From: an uncultured delta proteobacterium
GTDB lineage: Bacteria > Desulfobacterota > Binatia > Binatales > Binataceae
Direction of reading: 5' to 3'
NCBI GenBank assembly: GCA_963724765.1
Contig: CAVRVY010000004.1
Location: 1,024,001 to 1,088,000, forward strand
Length of the DNA: 64,000 nucleotides
Shown here: positions 20,340-30,464 of the stretch, in pieces
How the letters are laid out: the number at the start of each line of letters is the position of its first letter
How positions within the stretch are numbered: position 1 is the stretch's first letter
Notes under the pieces: generated by a model
Database searches by the model: none
Told to the model about the DNA's origin: nothing
Seen by the model: the letters and a program-made list of their open reading frames with translations, nothing else
Program-made: the position numbers and the translations under genes

Positions 20340-20537
20340 ATTGCCGCCAACCGCGAGTTTATCCAAGGAATCGCGACTCGCTAAAGCGCCTCTATCGCCA
20401 CGGCGACGACATCACCATTTTCGGCGGCTTCGGCGGCCTGGAGCGCGGATGGGCCGAGACTGGGCCGCGCCTCGATTGGGCGACGCCTCGTGCATCGGCA
20501 TGCTGATCCGCTGGTCGAGCGCCGCAAGCCGTCTTGA
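20340..20537 (+). pseudogene. Internally deleted SnoaL/NTF2-like (DUF4440-type) gene remnant
   Basis: IAANREFIQG / frameshift / NRDSLKRLYRHGDDITIFGGFGGLERGWAETGPRLDWA joined directly to RLVHRHADPLVERRKPS-stop. Confidence 0.65.
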
Positions 20538-20657
20538 GCGTCTCTCGCACCCTCTCGCGGTACTATCTTTATCTGACAACTAGGAGGAACGTAGGCAAAC
20601 TCGAGTTTGGCCGCACCGGTGAGGGGCAGATCGTTTCCGGCAGAACGGAGGCGCATC

Positions 20658-22082
20658 ATGGCTGATCAGCAGGTGACCACGACGCGAGGCGCCAGCCTCA
20701 CAACCGCCGTTCTCAAGGAATCCACCATCCAGGACTTTAAAGCCAGCCTGCGGGGAGCGCTGCTGCGCCCCGCAGAGACGGGCTATGATGATGCGCGCAG
20801 GATCTGGAACGGAATGATCGACAAGCGGCCCGCGCTGATTGCGCGCTGCCGTGGAGTTGCCGACGTCATCAACTCCGTCCGCTTCGCTCGCACGCACGAT
20901 CTTCTGGTGGCTGTGCGAGGTGGAGGCCACAACGTCGCCGGCAACGCGGTATGCGACGGCGGGCTGATGATCGATTTGTCGCCGATGAAAGACGTGCGAG
21001 TCGATTCTGCACGCTGCACAGCCTCAGCCGCGTCCGGCCTTATCTGGGGAGAGTTCGACCACGCGACGCAAGCCTTCGGTCTGGCCACTACCGGGGGCCA
21101 GATCTCTACGACCGGTATCGCCGGCCTTACCCTCGGCGGCGGATGGGGCTACCTGGCGCGCCGGCACGGTCTGACCTGCGACAACTTGCTCTCGGTCGAT
21201 CTCGTAACGGCCGACGGCGAACTCCTCACCGCCAGCGCCACTGACCACGCGGACCTCTTCTGGGGCATGCGGGGCGGCGGTGGGAATTTTGGCGTCGCCA
21301 CTTCATTTGAGTATCAACTCCATCCGGTTGGCTCGGTGCTGGCCGGCATCGTGGCCTACCCCATCGCCAAAGCAACCGAGACTCTCAGGTTCTTCCGTGA
21401 GGTCACCGGTGCGGCGCCCGATGAACTGGCCTCCGCGATCATTCTTGTCACGTTTCCGGACGGGACTCCGGTCGTCGCAATGGTCGTCTGTTACAATGGG
21501 CCAGTGGAGGAAGGGAAGCGGGTCCTGAAACCTCTCAGAACAATCGGCTCGCCGCTGATGGATCAGATTAACTCCATGCCTTACGCGGCGGCGCAGAAGC
21601 TGATCGACGGTTTTTATCCGCCCGGGCTCCAGAATTACTGGAAATCGAGCCTCCTGACGGAAATCAGCGATAAGGCGATAGACACCATGGTGGCGCACTG
21701 CGCCAGGCGGCCCTCGCCGATGTGCCACGGGCTAATCGAACATCAGCTAGGCGGTGCGGTGAGCCGCGTGGACCACGAGGCAACCGCGTTCAATCATCGG
21801 GATGTACAGTACAGCTTTATGAGTATTGGGGAATGCGCTACTTCGGCCGAGGCCCCGAGTTGCGTGCGATGGTCACGCGAGTTCTGGGCCGCGATGCAAC
21901 CATACTCGACCGGCAGCGTGTATGTTAACTATCTGGGCCAGGAGGCCGACGAAGGCCCCGACCGGATTAGGGCCGCCTATGGCACCGAGAAATACCAACG
22001 TCTCGTGGCGTTGAAGAACAAGTACGACCCAACCAACTTGTTCCGGCTGAACCAGAACATCAGGCCGAGCGTGGCTGCTTAG
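20658..22082 (+). CDS. FAD-binding oxidoreductase, berberine-bridge-enzyme family
   Basis: GGAGG RBS; RGGGHN, GLTLGGG, DLFWGMRGGGGNFG, YVNY, LKNKYDPTNLFRLNQNI. Confidence 0.9.
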   Translation: MADQQVTTTRGASLTTAVLKESTIQDFKASLRGALLRPAETGYDDARRIWNGMIDKRPALIARCRGVADVINSVRFARTHDLLVAVRGGGHNVAGNAVCDGGLMIDLSPMKDVRVDSARCTASAASGLIWGEFDHATQAFGLATTGGQISTTGIAGLTLGGGWGYLARRHGLTCDNLLSVDLVTADGELLTASATDHADLFWGMRGGGGNFGVATSFEYQLHPVGSVLAGIVAYPIAKATETLRFFREVTGAAPDELASAIILVTFPDGTPVVAMVVCYNGPVEEGKRVLKPLRTIGSPLMDQINSMPYAAAQKLIDGFYPPGLQNYWKSSLLTEISDKAIDTMVAHCARRPSPMCHGLIEHQLGGAVSRVDHEATAFNHRDVQYSFMSIGECATSAEAPSCVRWSREFWAAMQPYSTGSVYVNYLGQEADEGPDRIRAAYGTEKYQRLVALKNKYDPTNLFRLNQNIRPSVAA

Positions 22083-22103
22083 ATCGGCACTAACAACTCA
22101 CGC

Positions 22104-23594
22104 CTAGCGATGGAATTCCTCCAGCTTGCTGATGTCGAACAGCTTGTCGACGTGATTGACGTCGGCATCGGGATAGCCGCCGCCGAACGCGGGAAAGATC
22201 GTGGCGCGCTTGTTGTCGTAGTCAACCGCGACCAGCCCCTGGAGTCCGGCCGCCTGCACGCCATGGTTGAGCTCGGCCCAATGTTCGTAGTCCTCACTCC
22301 AGCGGAGCGTGTAGGTGAGCGACTTGAACAGGTTCTGTTTGCGGTCGAACATCAGCGCCATCCAGGGGTGCCAGTCCTCGGCGTCCCAGAACATGATCAC
22401 GCTGCTGTAGGGATGGTGCTGTTCTTTGGGCGTGCGCTCGACCACCGCGAAGCGCCGTACCGACCATACGTCGTCGGGCACGATGCCGTTGGGACCGTAG
22501 TAGTGTGGATAGTCGTATTTGGAATCCATCACGCACAGCAGGTTGCGCCAGCCGAGGAACTTGAAGTTCCAGCGCACGGGGCGGGCGGAAAAGGTGTTGA
22601 AGTCCTCCTCGGTCTGTTCGGTTCCGACCAATGAATCCGATTTGACCTCGACCGAGATGCGCCGCACGCGCCGCAATTGCGGATCGTACGCCCACGCGTC
22701 ATCGCTGCGGTACGGATCGTTGTAGCGATAGGTGATGAACACCTGGCCGCGCACGTCGTAGGGCTCGAAGAAGCCCTCGAACTCCTTCCAGAAATATTCC
22801 TTGGCGTCAGGCACCGGCAGCACGCCGCCCTCGGCGGCGCGCTGCGCCAGGTGGCTATAATAGGTACGCTGGTAGAAGCTGCTGAGCGTCTTGCCGAAGG
22901 TGCCGCCGCCGCCGAAGTACTTGGCCGCATCGGTCGGCATTGTGCTCTGGAAATGCTGCCCGCCGGTCCAGGTGACCGGCGGCGATTCGATTACGTTGGG
23001 CGCGGAGCCCTCATGACTGCCGCCGAAGCCGTCAAAGATGAACATGAAATTGAGATCGAGCGGCCCGTAATTCTGCCAGCGGTACTCGAAATTCCAGACC
23101 GCCTTTTGTCCTGATCGCGGATCGGCGGGGTCAAGCGACGCATTCGAGAAGGGCTGGCCGCAGACGTAGTTGTCGACCGTGCCGTCGCTCTTGAGCTTCA
23201 CCTGCGCCTGGTACTTCTCGGTGCAGTCGGCGTAGTCCTTGCGCGGCATGTGGCTGCGCGCCGCCACGATCTCCATCCTGAGCTGGGGAAAGTTGAGCTG
23301 GTCGACGTAGACGGGTGGCACGAACGGACGTATCCGCTCCAGGTCCTTGACGGTCAGGACGTCGCCGGGCTTGAAGTCGGGCTTGGCGGTCGCGTTCTGA
23401 GTGAGCCACTGCTGCACGGTTTGCCGGGTCGCCGGAGCGGCCTGCGCGGCGGCCGTCGCGGCGCTCACGGCGCATCCGGCCACGAAAACAAGCGCAAACG
23501 TCAGCGCGCGCATGGCCCGCGGGCGAAATCCTCCAGCGTACGCAAATCCTGCCGACCGCCAGCCGACGCTGCTCATCCGAAATTCTCTCGTCAC
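22104..23594 (-). CDS. DUF1329 family exported protein
   Basis: Signal peptide; GQPFS...DPRSGQKAVWN, DDAWAYDPQLRRVRRIS, PYSS. Start uncertain. Confidence 0.8.
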   Translation of the reverse strand: MTREFRMSSVGWRSAGFAYAGGFRPRAMRALTFALVFVAGCAVSAATAAAQAAPATRQTVQQWLTQNATAKPDFKPGDVLTVKDLERIRPFVPPVYVDQLNFPQLRMEIVAARSHMPRKDYADCTEKYQAQVKLKSDGTVDNYVCGQPFSNASLDPADPRSGQKAVWNFEYRWQNYGPLDLNFMFIFDGFGGSHEGSAPNVIESPPVTWTGGQHFQSTMPTDAAKYFGGGGTFGKTLSSFYQRTYYSHLAQRAAEGGVLPVPDAKEYFWKEFEGFFEPYDVRGQVFITYRYNDPYRSDDAWAYDPQLRRVRRISVEVKSDSLVGTEQTEEDFNTFSARPVRWNFKFLGWRNLLCVMDSKYDYPHYYGPNGIVPDDVWSVRRFAVVERTPKEQHHPYSSVIMFWDAEDWHPWMALMFDRKQNLFKSLTYTLRWSEDYEHWAELNHGVQAAGLQGLVAVDYDNKRATIFPAFGGGYPDADVNHVDKLFDISKLEEFHR

Positions 23595-23860
23595 TTAGCC
23601 ATTCTCCTTCGATGCAAACCGATCGGAACAATTCAATCCATCTAATCCGTATCGCGCCGCGCGTCCAGCGGAACGCGGCAGACCATCGCGAAGGCCTACG
23701 CGAAATTAGCGCGTGGCTTTCCGCCTCATCACGCCGATTATAAAGTGGTGATGCGGCCGAAACGCGAATCAACATACATGGTTCAAAGAAATCGCCGCGA
23801 GCTTCTTTATCTGAACGGCGATTACCGGAGCTTGGCGCAAGGCTGCGTGGAGAGACCCAG

Positions 23861-24292
23861 GTGAAGCAGAAGCTGCAGGAAGACCTCAGGGCGTCGATGA
23901 AGAGCGGCGATAAGTTGCGCACCATGACGCTGCGCGGCGTGTTGGCCGAAATCACGCGGGTCGAAAAGGACGTCCGGCGCGAAGCCAACGAGACCGAGAT
24001 CGTTCAGATCATCAAGCGCGAGCGGGCGCGCCGCGATGAAACGCTGGGCTTCGCGCTCCAAGGCGGACGCGCCGACCTGGTCGCGCAAAACGAGGAGGAG
24101 GCGCGGGTACTCGACTCCTACCTGCCGGCGGCGCTTGACGAGAACGAGTTGCGCGCGGCGATCGCCGAGCAGGTCGCGGCCGGGGTGAAACAGGTGGGTC
24201 CGTTGATGAAGGCGCTCAAGGAGCGCTTCGGAGCGCAGCTCGACGGACGGGTCGCGAGTCAGCTGGTCAAGGAGGCGCTCGCGCCCAAATGA
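23861..24292 (+). CDS. GatB/YqeY domain protein
   Basis: LQEDLRASMKSGDK, GGRADL, YLPAALDE, GPLMKAL, DGRVASQLVK. Confidence 0.85.
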   Translation: MKQKLQEDLRASMKSGDKLRTMTLRGVLAEITRVEKDVRREANETEIVQIIKRERARRDETLGFALQGGRADLVAQNEEEARVLDSYLPAALDENELRAAIAEQVAAGVKQVGPLMKALKERFGAQLDGRVASQLVKEALAPK

Positions 24293-24334
24293 ACGGCCGG
24301 CTGGTGAGCGGCTATCTTCAGGAGATGGCGGGAC

Positions 24335-25525
24335 ATGGCGCAGGGTAAAATCGAACCGTTTAAGATCGAGGTCTCCGACGAGGTGCTGACCGACCTCCGC
24401 GCGCGCCTGGAGCGCACGCGCTTGCCCGACGAAGTGCCCGGCTCGGCGTGGGACTATGGCGCCAACCTCGCCTACCTGCGCGAGCTTATCGAGTACTGGC
24501 GCACGCGCTACGACTGGCGCGCGCACGAACGCGAGCTCAACCGCTTTGCGCACTTCCGCGCCGAAGCCGGCGGCGAGGACCTTCACTTCATCCACGAGCG
24601 CGGACGCGGCCCTAACCCCAAGCCGCTGCTGCTGCTGCACGGATGGCCGGGGTCGGTGTACGAGTTCATGGATCTGATCCCGCGGCTGACCGATCCGGCG
24701 GCGCACGGCGGCGACGCGCGCGACTCATTCACGGTGGTCGCACCGTCGCTGCCGGGCTACGGCTTTTCCGCCCATCCGCGCACGCGCGCGATGAACATCC
24801 AGGCCATCGCCGACATCATGTTTAAGCTGATGAACGGGGCGCTCGGCTACGATCGTTTCGGCGCGCAGGGGGGAGATTGGGGCGCGGCGATAACCTCGCG
24901 CCTGGGCGAAGTCTACGGCCAGCATCTCTACGGCATCCACATCAACATGGTCGCGGTGGGAGCAGCCGAGGGGCGGCGCCCGGCCGAACTGAACGACGCG
25001 GAGAAAGTCTTTCTCGGCGACCTCGAACGTTTTCGCCGCGACGAGACCGGCTATCAATGGATCCAGGGCACCAAGCCGCAGACCCTGGCGTACGCGCTCA
25101 ACGACTCGCCGGCGGGGCTTGCGGCATGGATCGTCGAGAAGTTCCGCACCTGGAGCGATTGCCACGGCAACATCGAGCGCCGCTTCAGCAAGGATCAGTT
25201 GCTGACCAACGTGATGATCTACTGGGTGACGGGAACGATAAATTCATCGACGCGGCTGTACTACGAGGCGCGCCATCATCCGTGGCATCTGAAGCCCGAC
25301 ACGCGAATCGAAACGCCGACGGCGGTCGCCAATTTCCCCGCCGAGCTGATGCGGCCGCCGCGGAGCTGGGCCGAGCGCGCCTACAATATCGTGCGCTGGA
25401 CGGTGATGCCGTCGGGCGGCCATTTCGCTGCAATGGAAGAGCCGGCGCTGCTCGCCGACGACATCCGCGCATTCTTCCGCGAGCTGAGCCGTTCTTCCGC
25501 GAGCGGAGATAAGAGCGCGCGCTAA
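24335..25525 (+). CDS. Epoxide hydrolase (microsomal-type, EHN domain)
   Basis: Motifs HGWPGS, PSLPGYGFS, GGDWG, ALNDSPAGLAAWIVEKF, GGHFAAMEEP. Confidence 0.92.
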   Translation: MAQGKIEPFKIEVSDEVLTDLRARLERTRLPDEVPGSAWDYGANLAYLRELIEYWRTRYDWRAHERELNRFAHFRAEAGGEDLHFIHERGRGPNPKPLLLLHGWPGSVYEFMDLIPRLTDPAAHGGDARDSFTVVAPSLPGYGFSAHPRTRAMNIQAIADIMFKLMNGALGYDRFGAQGGDWGAAITSRLGEVYGQHLYGIHINMVAVGAAEGRRPAELNDAEKVFLGDLERFRRDETGYQWIQGTKPQTLAYALNDSPAGLAAWIVEKFRTWSDCHGNIERRFSKDQLLTNVMIYWVTGTINSSTRLYYEARHHPWHLKPDTRIETPTAVANFPAELMRPPRSWAERAYNIVRWTVMPSGGHFAAMEEPALLADDIRAFFRELSRSSASGDKSAR

Positions 25526-25555
25526 GCCAAAGCGATCGCGACCGGGCGTGCTCGA

Positions 25556-26512
25556 TCAGGGAAAGGTCCGGGGGTAGCCGTAGGACGGCGCGTAAGGCGC
25601 CGCCCCATAGGGGTTGTAGGGCATGCTGCCATACGGCGTACTGCCATAGGGGCTGTATGGCGATCCGTACGGAGAGGCGCCATAGGGCGATCCGCCGTAC
25701 GGCGAGCCGTAGGTCGGCGGATAACCGCCGCCGCCCATCCCAAAGCTGCTGCCGCTGCCCACGCCCAGCATGCCGATCAGCGGCACGATCGCGGTCAGCG
25801 CGCTCGGGCTCGGTTGACTGCTCTGCATGTATTGACGCTGCTGTTGGGCCTGCTGCGTCTGGTCCTCGTAGCTCTGTACGCTGCCGAGCTCATTGCCGGA
25901 AGATCCAGACGTCCCGGAAGCCCCGGTCGAACCATAGGCGCCCGACGCGCCGCCCTGCGGCATAGCCGGCGCCGAGCCGCTCGCACCCGAGGCGAGCTCG
26001 GGCCGCACGGCGATTCGGTTGATCACCGGGGCATTGGGGTTATGCAAATACTGGCGCGCCTTGTCCGCCGCGTCCTGCTTGCCGAAGTCGCTCGCCACGA
26101 AGCCATAAAGGATGATTTGCCGATTGCCACTATCGTTGGTCAGCACTTGCGCGCCGACCAGCGGGAGACGATGGCTCTGTAGATAGCTCGTGAGTGTACC
26201 GCTCTGAGCGGTGTCGTTGGTGTAGCCCGGCGGGACCGCGCCACCGTCGGCGGGGTCATTCGCGCCATAACCCCTCGGAGCGGCCGCCGCCGCGGCGCCG
26301 GCGGAACTATAACTGCTCGACGAAGAACCGTTGGAGGAATAGCCGCTGCTGGAGGAAAAGCTCGTCGGCGGCATTCCAGCGCCGAACGAAAGACCGCTTG
26401 ACGAAGAGGTGCTCGAGGTCGGCACCGTCATGCAAGCCGACATCGCGATCGCGCCGAGGCTGCATAACATCATAGCGGCGATCCACACGATGCGACTCAT
26501 AGGATCGATCAT
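25556..26512 (-). CDS. Low-complexity lipoprotein with BON-like core and Tyr/Gly/Ser/Pro tail
   Basis: Lipobox-like MSAC; Ser-rich linker; IILYGFVASDFGKQDAADKARQYL..VINRIAV; tail of (S/G)PYG repeats. Confidence 0.65.
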   Translation of the reverse strand: MIDPMSRIVWIAAMMLCSLGAIAMSACMTVPTSSTSSSSGLSFGAGMPPTSFSSSSGYSSNGSSSSSYSSAGAAAAAAPRGYGANDPADGGAVPPGYTNDTAQSGTLTSYLQSHRLPLVGAQVLTNDSGNRQIILYGFVASDFGKQDAADKARQYLHNPNAPVINRIAVRPELASGASGSAPAMPQGGASGAYGSTGASGTSGSSGNELGSVQSYEDQTQQAQQQRQYMQSSQPSPSALTAIVPLIGMLGVGSGSSFGMGGGGYPPTYGSPYGGSPYGASPYGSPYSPYGSTPYGSMPYNPYGAAPYAPSYGYPRTFP

Positions 26513-26628
26513 ATTCCCGCGGCACCGTTTCGCAATAGGCGCAAATCCGCGCCGCCCGCACGGCAGCCCACTCGGAACTTAGTCGAACTTGGTCAACCGC
26601 CGCGCACCGTGCTAGCCTCGTCGGCGCA

Positions 26629-27204
26629 GTGAGCCAAGCGATGAAACCGGTTCAGTATTTGAGGCGTTCGCACGGGTGGACGGCCGCAGCGAGCGCTTTC
26701 TTGCTCGCGGGCTGCGCCGGTGTCGCGGCCGGATGCTTCACGGACAAGCGCCCGACTCAAGTGATGGTCACGCCTGTCACGACCGCCATCCACCCGGCCA
26801 AGCCTCCTGACTGCGACATGCCGGTCCTCACCACGGAGCCGACGGTGGCCTATGAGCAGGTCGCTATCGTCGAGGCGTGGGCCGACGTCAATGAGGAGCC
26901 GGCCAAGGTGCTGCCTGAACTCAGGCGTCAGGCGTGCGCTACCGGCGCCGAGGCGCTATTGATCGTCGGCGGCAAGAAGCAGGATGTGAAGTCGCTGCTC
27001 TACGGCGTCACGCCCAACGAGAGTGAAACCAAGGTCACCGCGGCAAACCGTACTCCCAACCAGGCTGGAGATTACATCAATAGCATGCAGTATAAGCCGA
27101 AGGTCGGAGAACAAGGGCATACCGGCTACTACATCGAGGCTCTCGCGATCGACTATGCGGCGGGCGCCAACACCGCCGCCGCGGGCCGGCCCTCCAAACC
27201 ATAG
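26629..27204 (+). CDS. Hypothetical lipoprotein
   Basis: LLAGC / AAGC lipobox-like sequence; ELRRQACATGAEALLI resembles YbjQ-like small alpha/beta domains; GC-biased codon usage. Confidence 0.6.
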   Translation: MSQAMKPVQYLRRSHGWTAAASAFLLAGCAGVAAGCFTDKRPTQVMVTPVTTAIHPAKPPDCDMPVLTTEPTVAYEQVAIVEAWADVNEEPAKVLPELRRQACATGAEALLIVGGKKQDVKSLLYGVTPNESETKVTAANRTPNQAGDYINSMQYKPKVGEQGHTGYYIEALAIDYAAGANTAAAGRPSKP

Positions 27205-27225
27205 CGGGCTGCTAATGCGCGCGGA

Positions 27226-27963
27226 TTATTGAGAACCGTTCTGCGCCGAATCAGGCGTGACATTGAATCTGACCAACTCGACCCGATCCATCTCAGGACC
27301 TGTGGGACCGCCTTCGAGCGCCACCGTCTTTATCAGGCCGACGTTGGGCGCGTACCAATCGAGATAGGTGAGCTGCAGATGTTGTTTCTTCTGAGCGTAC
27401 ATCCCGCCCTGATAAGTGGCCTGGGTCTCGATACGGATGCAATTGTTGAAATGGCCCGCGGGCGTTTCGATCTGCTTGGTCTCGGCGAAGGTCCGATGAT
27501 TCTGGTTGATGTTGAAGGACCCGGAGAGATGTCCGTACGGAAAAATGACGTTGGTCCAGGTTAGATTTGGCGCAAGCTGCAGCGGCAGAAACTGAGCCTC
27601 TTCGGAGCGCCCCCATGATGGCGCCATTATGGTCTTCTGGTCGTAGTCGAGCGCGGACAGCCGCGCTATAAAACCGTCCTTGGCGTAATACACCAGCGGG
27701 CGAGTGCCGCCCCGCGCGAGGCTATAGGACTCGTCAACCACCGATCCGGTGAGCTTGAGGGCGGGGACATACTTCACACCGATCACCCGATCGGTGATCT
27801 GGTACTGAGTGCCTTGGCTCTTGGCGAAGATCTGGTAGGTCCAGGTCGAATTTGGCGTTAGCGGGAAATAATTGGTTCCCGATCCGATCCCGCCCGATTT
27901 GCAACCTCCAAGTGGCGCTATCGCCAGCGCGACAACCACTACCAGGCCAACCAATCGGCTCAT
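27226..27963 (-). CDS. Hypothetical beta-rich lipoprotein
   Basis: LGGC lipobox; YFPLTPNSTWTY ... TPAGHFNNCIRI ... WYAPNVGLIK pattern. Confidence 0.7.
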   Translation of the reverse strand: MSRLVGLVVVVALAIAPLGGCKSGGIGSGTNYFPLTPNSTWTYQIFAKSQGTQYQITDRVIGVKYVPALKLTGSVVDESYSLARGGTRPLVYYAKDGFIARLSALDYDQKTIMAPSWGRSEEAQFLPLQLAPNLTWTNVIFPYGHLSGSFNINQNHRTFAETKQIETPAGHFNNCIRIETQATYQGGMYAQKKQHLQLTYLDWYAPNVGLIKTVALEGGPTGPEMDRVELVRFNVTPDSAQNGSQ

Positions 27964-28324
27964 CGCAGGACTGCCCTCCTCGGAAATGATGGCTGCGCGC
28001 CTTTAGACGTCTGAACGTTGTATGGACGTGCCCAGGACAATGCTCTTTGAGGCCGGCTTGCGCGTTCCCTCAAGGCACGCCGCCGCGCTCGCTGAGCGTA
28101 TATAAAGGCTCGGACGGTTGGCAAGCCGTGAAAGCGCCGCCCGCCCTTGGAGTATCGGCGCATCGAGAATGCCGGATTGCGAACGCCGCCGTGCGGTCAC
28201 TGGACACGCTCGATGCTACCGCATTACAGATGGCTTCAGGAGCATCGCGAATCGAACGTCACGAAAATGACCTTGCTTCTCCGAGACCGCGCGAGTGAAA
28301 AAGTTCAGCCAGGAGAAACTGCCG

Positions 28325-29194
28325 ATGGCAAAAAATGTGAACGCAAAAAAAGTCAATGTCTGCCTGACCTTCGACTTCGACGCGATCTCGGTCTGGATCG
28401 GCAATTTCCACGCCTCCTCGCCCAGCGCAATCTCGCGCGGCGAATTTGGCGTGGTGGGCGCCAAGCGACTGCTCGACCTGCTGCGCGAGTGGAAAATCCC
28501 CTCGACCTGGTTCGTCCCCGGCCATACCGCCGACACCTATCCCGAGGCGGTCGCGCAAATCGCCGCCGCAGGCCACGAGATTGGCCATCACGGCTACCGC
28601 CACGAGCGCCTGGGCTCGCCCGAAGAGGAGATACGCGACTTCGACATGGCGATAGCATCGCTCAAAAGGGTCACCGGCCAGAACCCGGTCGGTTACCGCT
28701 CGCCCGCCGCGGGGCTCACGCCGCGCACTCTCGGATTGCTGGTCGGGCATGGGATGCTCTACGACAGCAGCATGATGGGCGACGACTTCACGCCCTACTA
28801 TTGCAGGGTCGGCGACCAAGCCCCCAAGGACAGCGCCTTCATCTTCGGCCGCCCGACCGAAGTCGTGGAATTGCCGTTTACCTGGGGGCTCGACGACTTC
28901 GTTGCCTTCGAGCACGTGTGGACCCGCAACGGCATCAACCCGGGTATCGCCTCGCCGTCGCGGATCTACGAGGTATGGGCGGGCGACTTCGACTATCTCT
29001 ACGACCGGCTTGGCGAGGGCACCTACATCCTGACGCTGCATCCGCAGTGCATCGGCCGCGGCCATCGCCTGCTGATGCTCGAGCGGCTCATCGACCATAT
29101 TCGCAGCCGCGACGGAATCAGGTTCAAGACGATGCGTGACGTCGCGGATGAGTTCAAACAGTCCCGGCCACCGGGGCCTCCTGCTCGCACCTGA
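28325..29194 (+). CDS. Polysaccharide deacetylase (CE4, PgdA/PuuE-like)
   Basis: AGGAGA RBS; LTFDFD, TWFVPG, HEIGHHGYRH, GYRSP, YDSSMMGDD, LTLHP. Confidence 0.88.
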   Translation: MAKNVNAKKVNVCLTFDFDAISVWIGNFHASSPSAISRGEFGVVGAKRLLDLLREWKIPSTWFVPGHTADTYPEAVAQIAAAGHEIGHHGYRHERLGSPEEEIRDFDMAIASLKRVTGQNPVGYRSPAAGLTPRTLGLLVGHGMLYDSSMMGDDFTPYYCRVGDQAPKDSAFIFGRPTEVVELPFTWGLDDFVAFEHVWTRNGINPGIASPSRIYEVWAGDFDYLYDRLGEGTYILTLHPQCIGRGHRLLMLERLIDHIRSRDGIRFKTMRDVADEFKQSRPPGPPART

Positions 29195-29524
29195 CCGCTC
29201 GCAAAATCCGGCCAATCCGATCATGCGCGCGCTCCGTATTTATGGATGACGATTTACCGCGGCGCCATGGAACCGGCGCGATGGAACCAGAAAGACCGCC
29301 GCGGTGTTATCGCACCAGAGGATGGATTAACGGGCCGGGCGTGCCTCACTGCAATGGGGAGTCAACTGCGACTAAAAAATGGGGATCCGCCGCGTTGGCT
29401 TTCTCCCCGGCGCAAGCGCCGCGATTAGTGTACGTGGCTGAGGGCGCCCGGCCCTTTGCACCATCAGCGCACCTCCGCCCTTCGCGGCGCTCTCGCCCAG
29501 GGTCAGGCTGCGATGCGATGACTC

Positions 29525-30403
29525 TTATTTCGGGCGGCGCGATTTTTCGCCCGTCGCCAGATGAAGCTCGGCTATCGGGTTCAGTCCCACCGTCCAGTTG
29601 ACGTTGCGCTTGAAGACTTCCATGTCGTGGCCGGGGACCACGCGCGGCAGCTTGTCTCCGATAATTCCGGTCATCTTCTCGAACACCTGCATCACGTTCC
29701 ACGGATTTCCCTGGATATAGCCCGGCGGCCACATCTTCTCGAGATTCGCGTACCAGTACACGCAATCGCCCGCCACGATATGTGGGCCCGAAGAGGTTTC
29801 GATCTCCACCCACTGCGAACCGAAGGTGTGCGATTGCGAGGCCAGCCGGCAGGTGATGCCCGGCGCCACTTCGCGGTCGCCGTCGAGCAAGGTTACCCGG
29901 CCCGCGGCGATCGCCTCGTCGAAGCGGTCGAAGTTCTCCCAGTTGATCGATGACAGCGCCCACGAGCCAGGGCCCGCCGTCTTGATTAGCTCGCCGCGGC
30001 GAAGCCGCGTCCAGCCGTTGTACTCTTCGCGCTGGACGTAAACCTTGGCCCTGGGAAAGGCGACCACGTTGCCCGCATGGTCCGCATGCATGTGGGTCAG
30101 GATGACGGTATCGACATCCTCGGGACGAAACCCGACCTTGCCGACCACGACGTCGGGCCATTCGATATCGGTGAACATCCCCGAAAGTTTGTCTTCGGCC
30201 GAGGCGAAGCCGCTCTCCCCGAACCCGGTATCGATCGCGATCACTCGCCGTTCTTTGCTCCCCGGCGCCGAGACCACCAGCGTGTAGAGCATCGGGATTT
30301 CGAACGTTCCGGTGTTGCTGGCGATCGGCGACCCGCCCATGAAATCGCCCGACACCTTGGTGCGCGCGTAGCCAAGGACCCAGATGGAATAGTCAACGGC
30401 CAT
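29525..30403 (-). CDS. N-acyl homoserine lactonase-family metallo-beta-lactamase-fold hydrolase
   Basis: Motifs IDTG, THMHADHAGN (HxHxDH), SHTFGSQ, AGD, VVPGHD. Confidence 0.85.
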   Translation of the reverse strand: MAVDYSIWVLGYARTKVSGDFMGGSPIASNTGTFEIPMLYTLVVSAPGSKERRVIAIDTGFGESGFASAEDKLSGMFTDIEWPDVVVGKVGFRPEDVDTVILTHMHADHAGNVVAFPRAKVYVQREEYNGWTRLRRGELIKTAGPGSWALSSINWENFDRFDEAIAAGRVTLLDGDREVAPGITCRLASQSHTFGSQWVEIETSSGPHIVAGDCVYWYANLEKMWPPGYIQGNPWNVMQVFEKMTGIIGDKLPRVVPGHDMEVFKRNVNWTVGLNPIAELHLATGEKSRRPK

Positions 30404-30464
30404 CGAACTTTCCCCCAACGTTTAAGCGCCCGCGGCGCGATCCACGCCTGGTAACGTGACACGC

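Noticed and set aside
29242-29601. 119-aa ORF and 14-bp duplication (ggcgc[c/g]atggaacc) in the deacetylase-lactonase gap
   Set aside because: No motif or coding-like composition, and only two repeat copies, so not an array.
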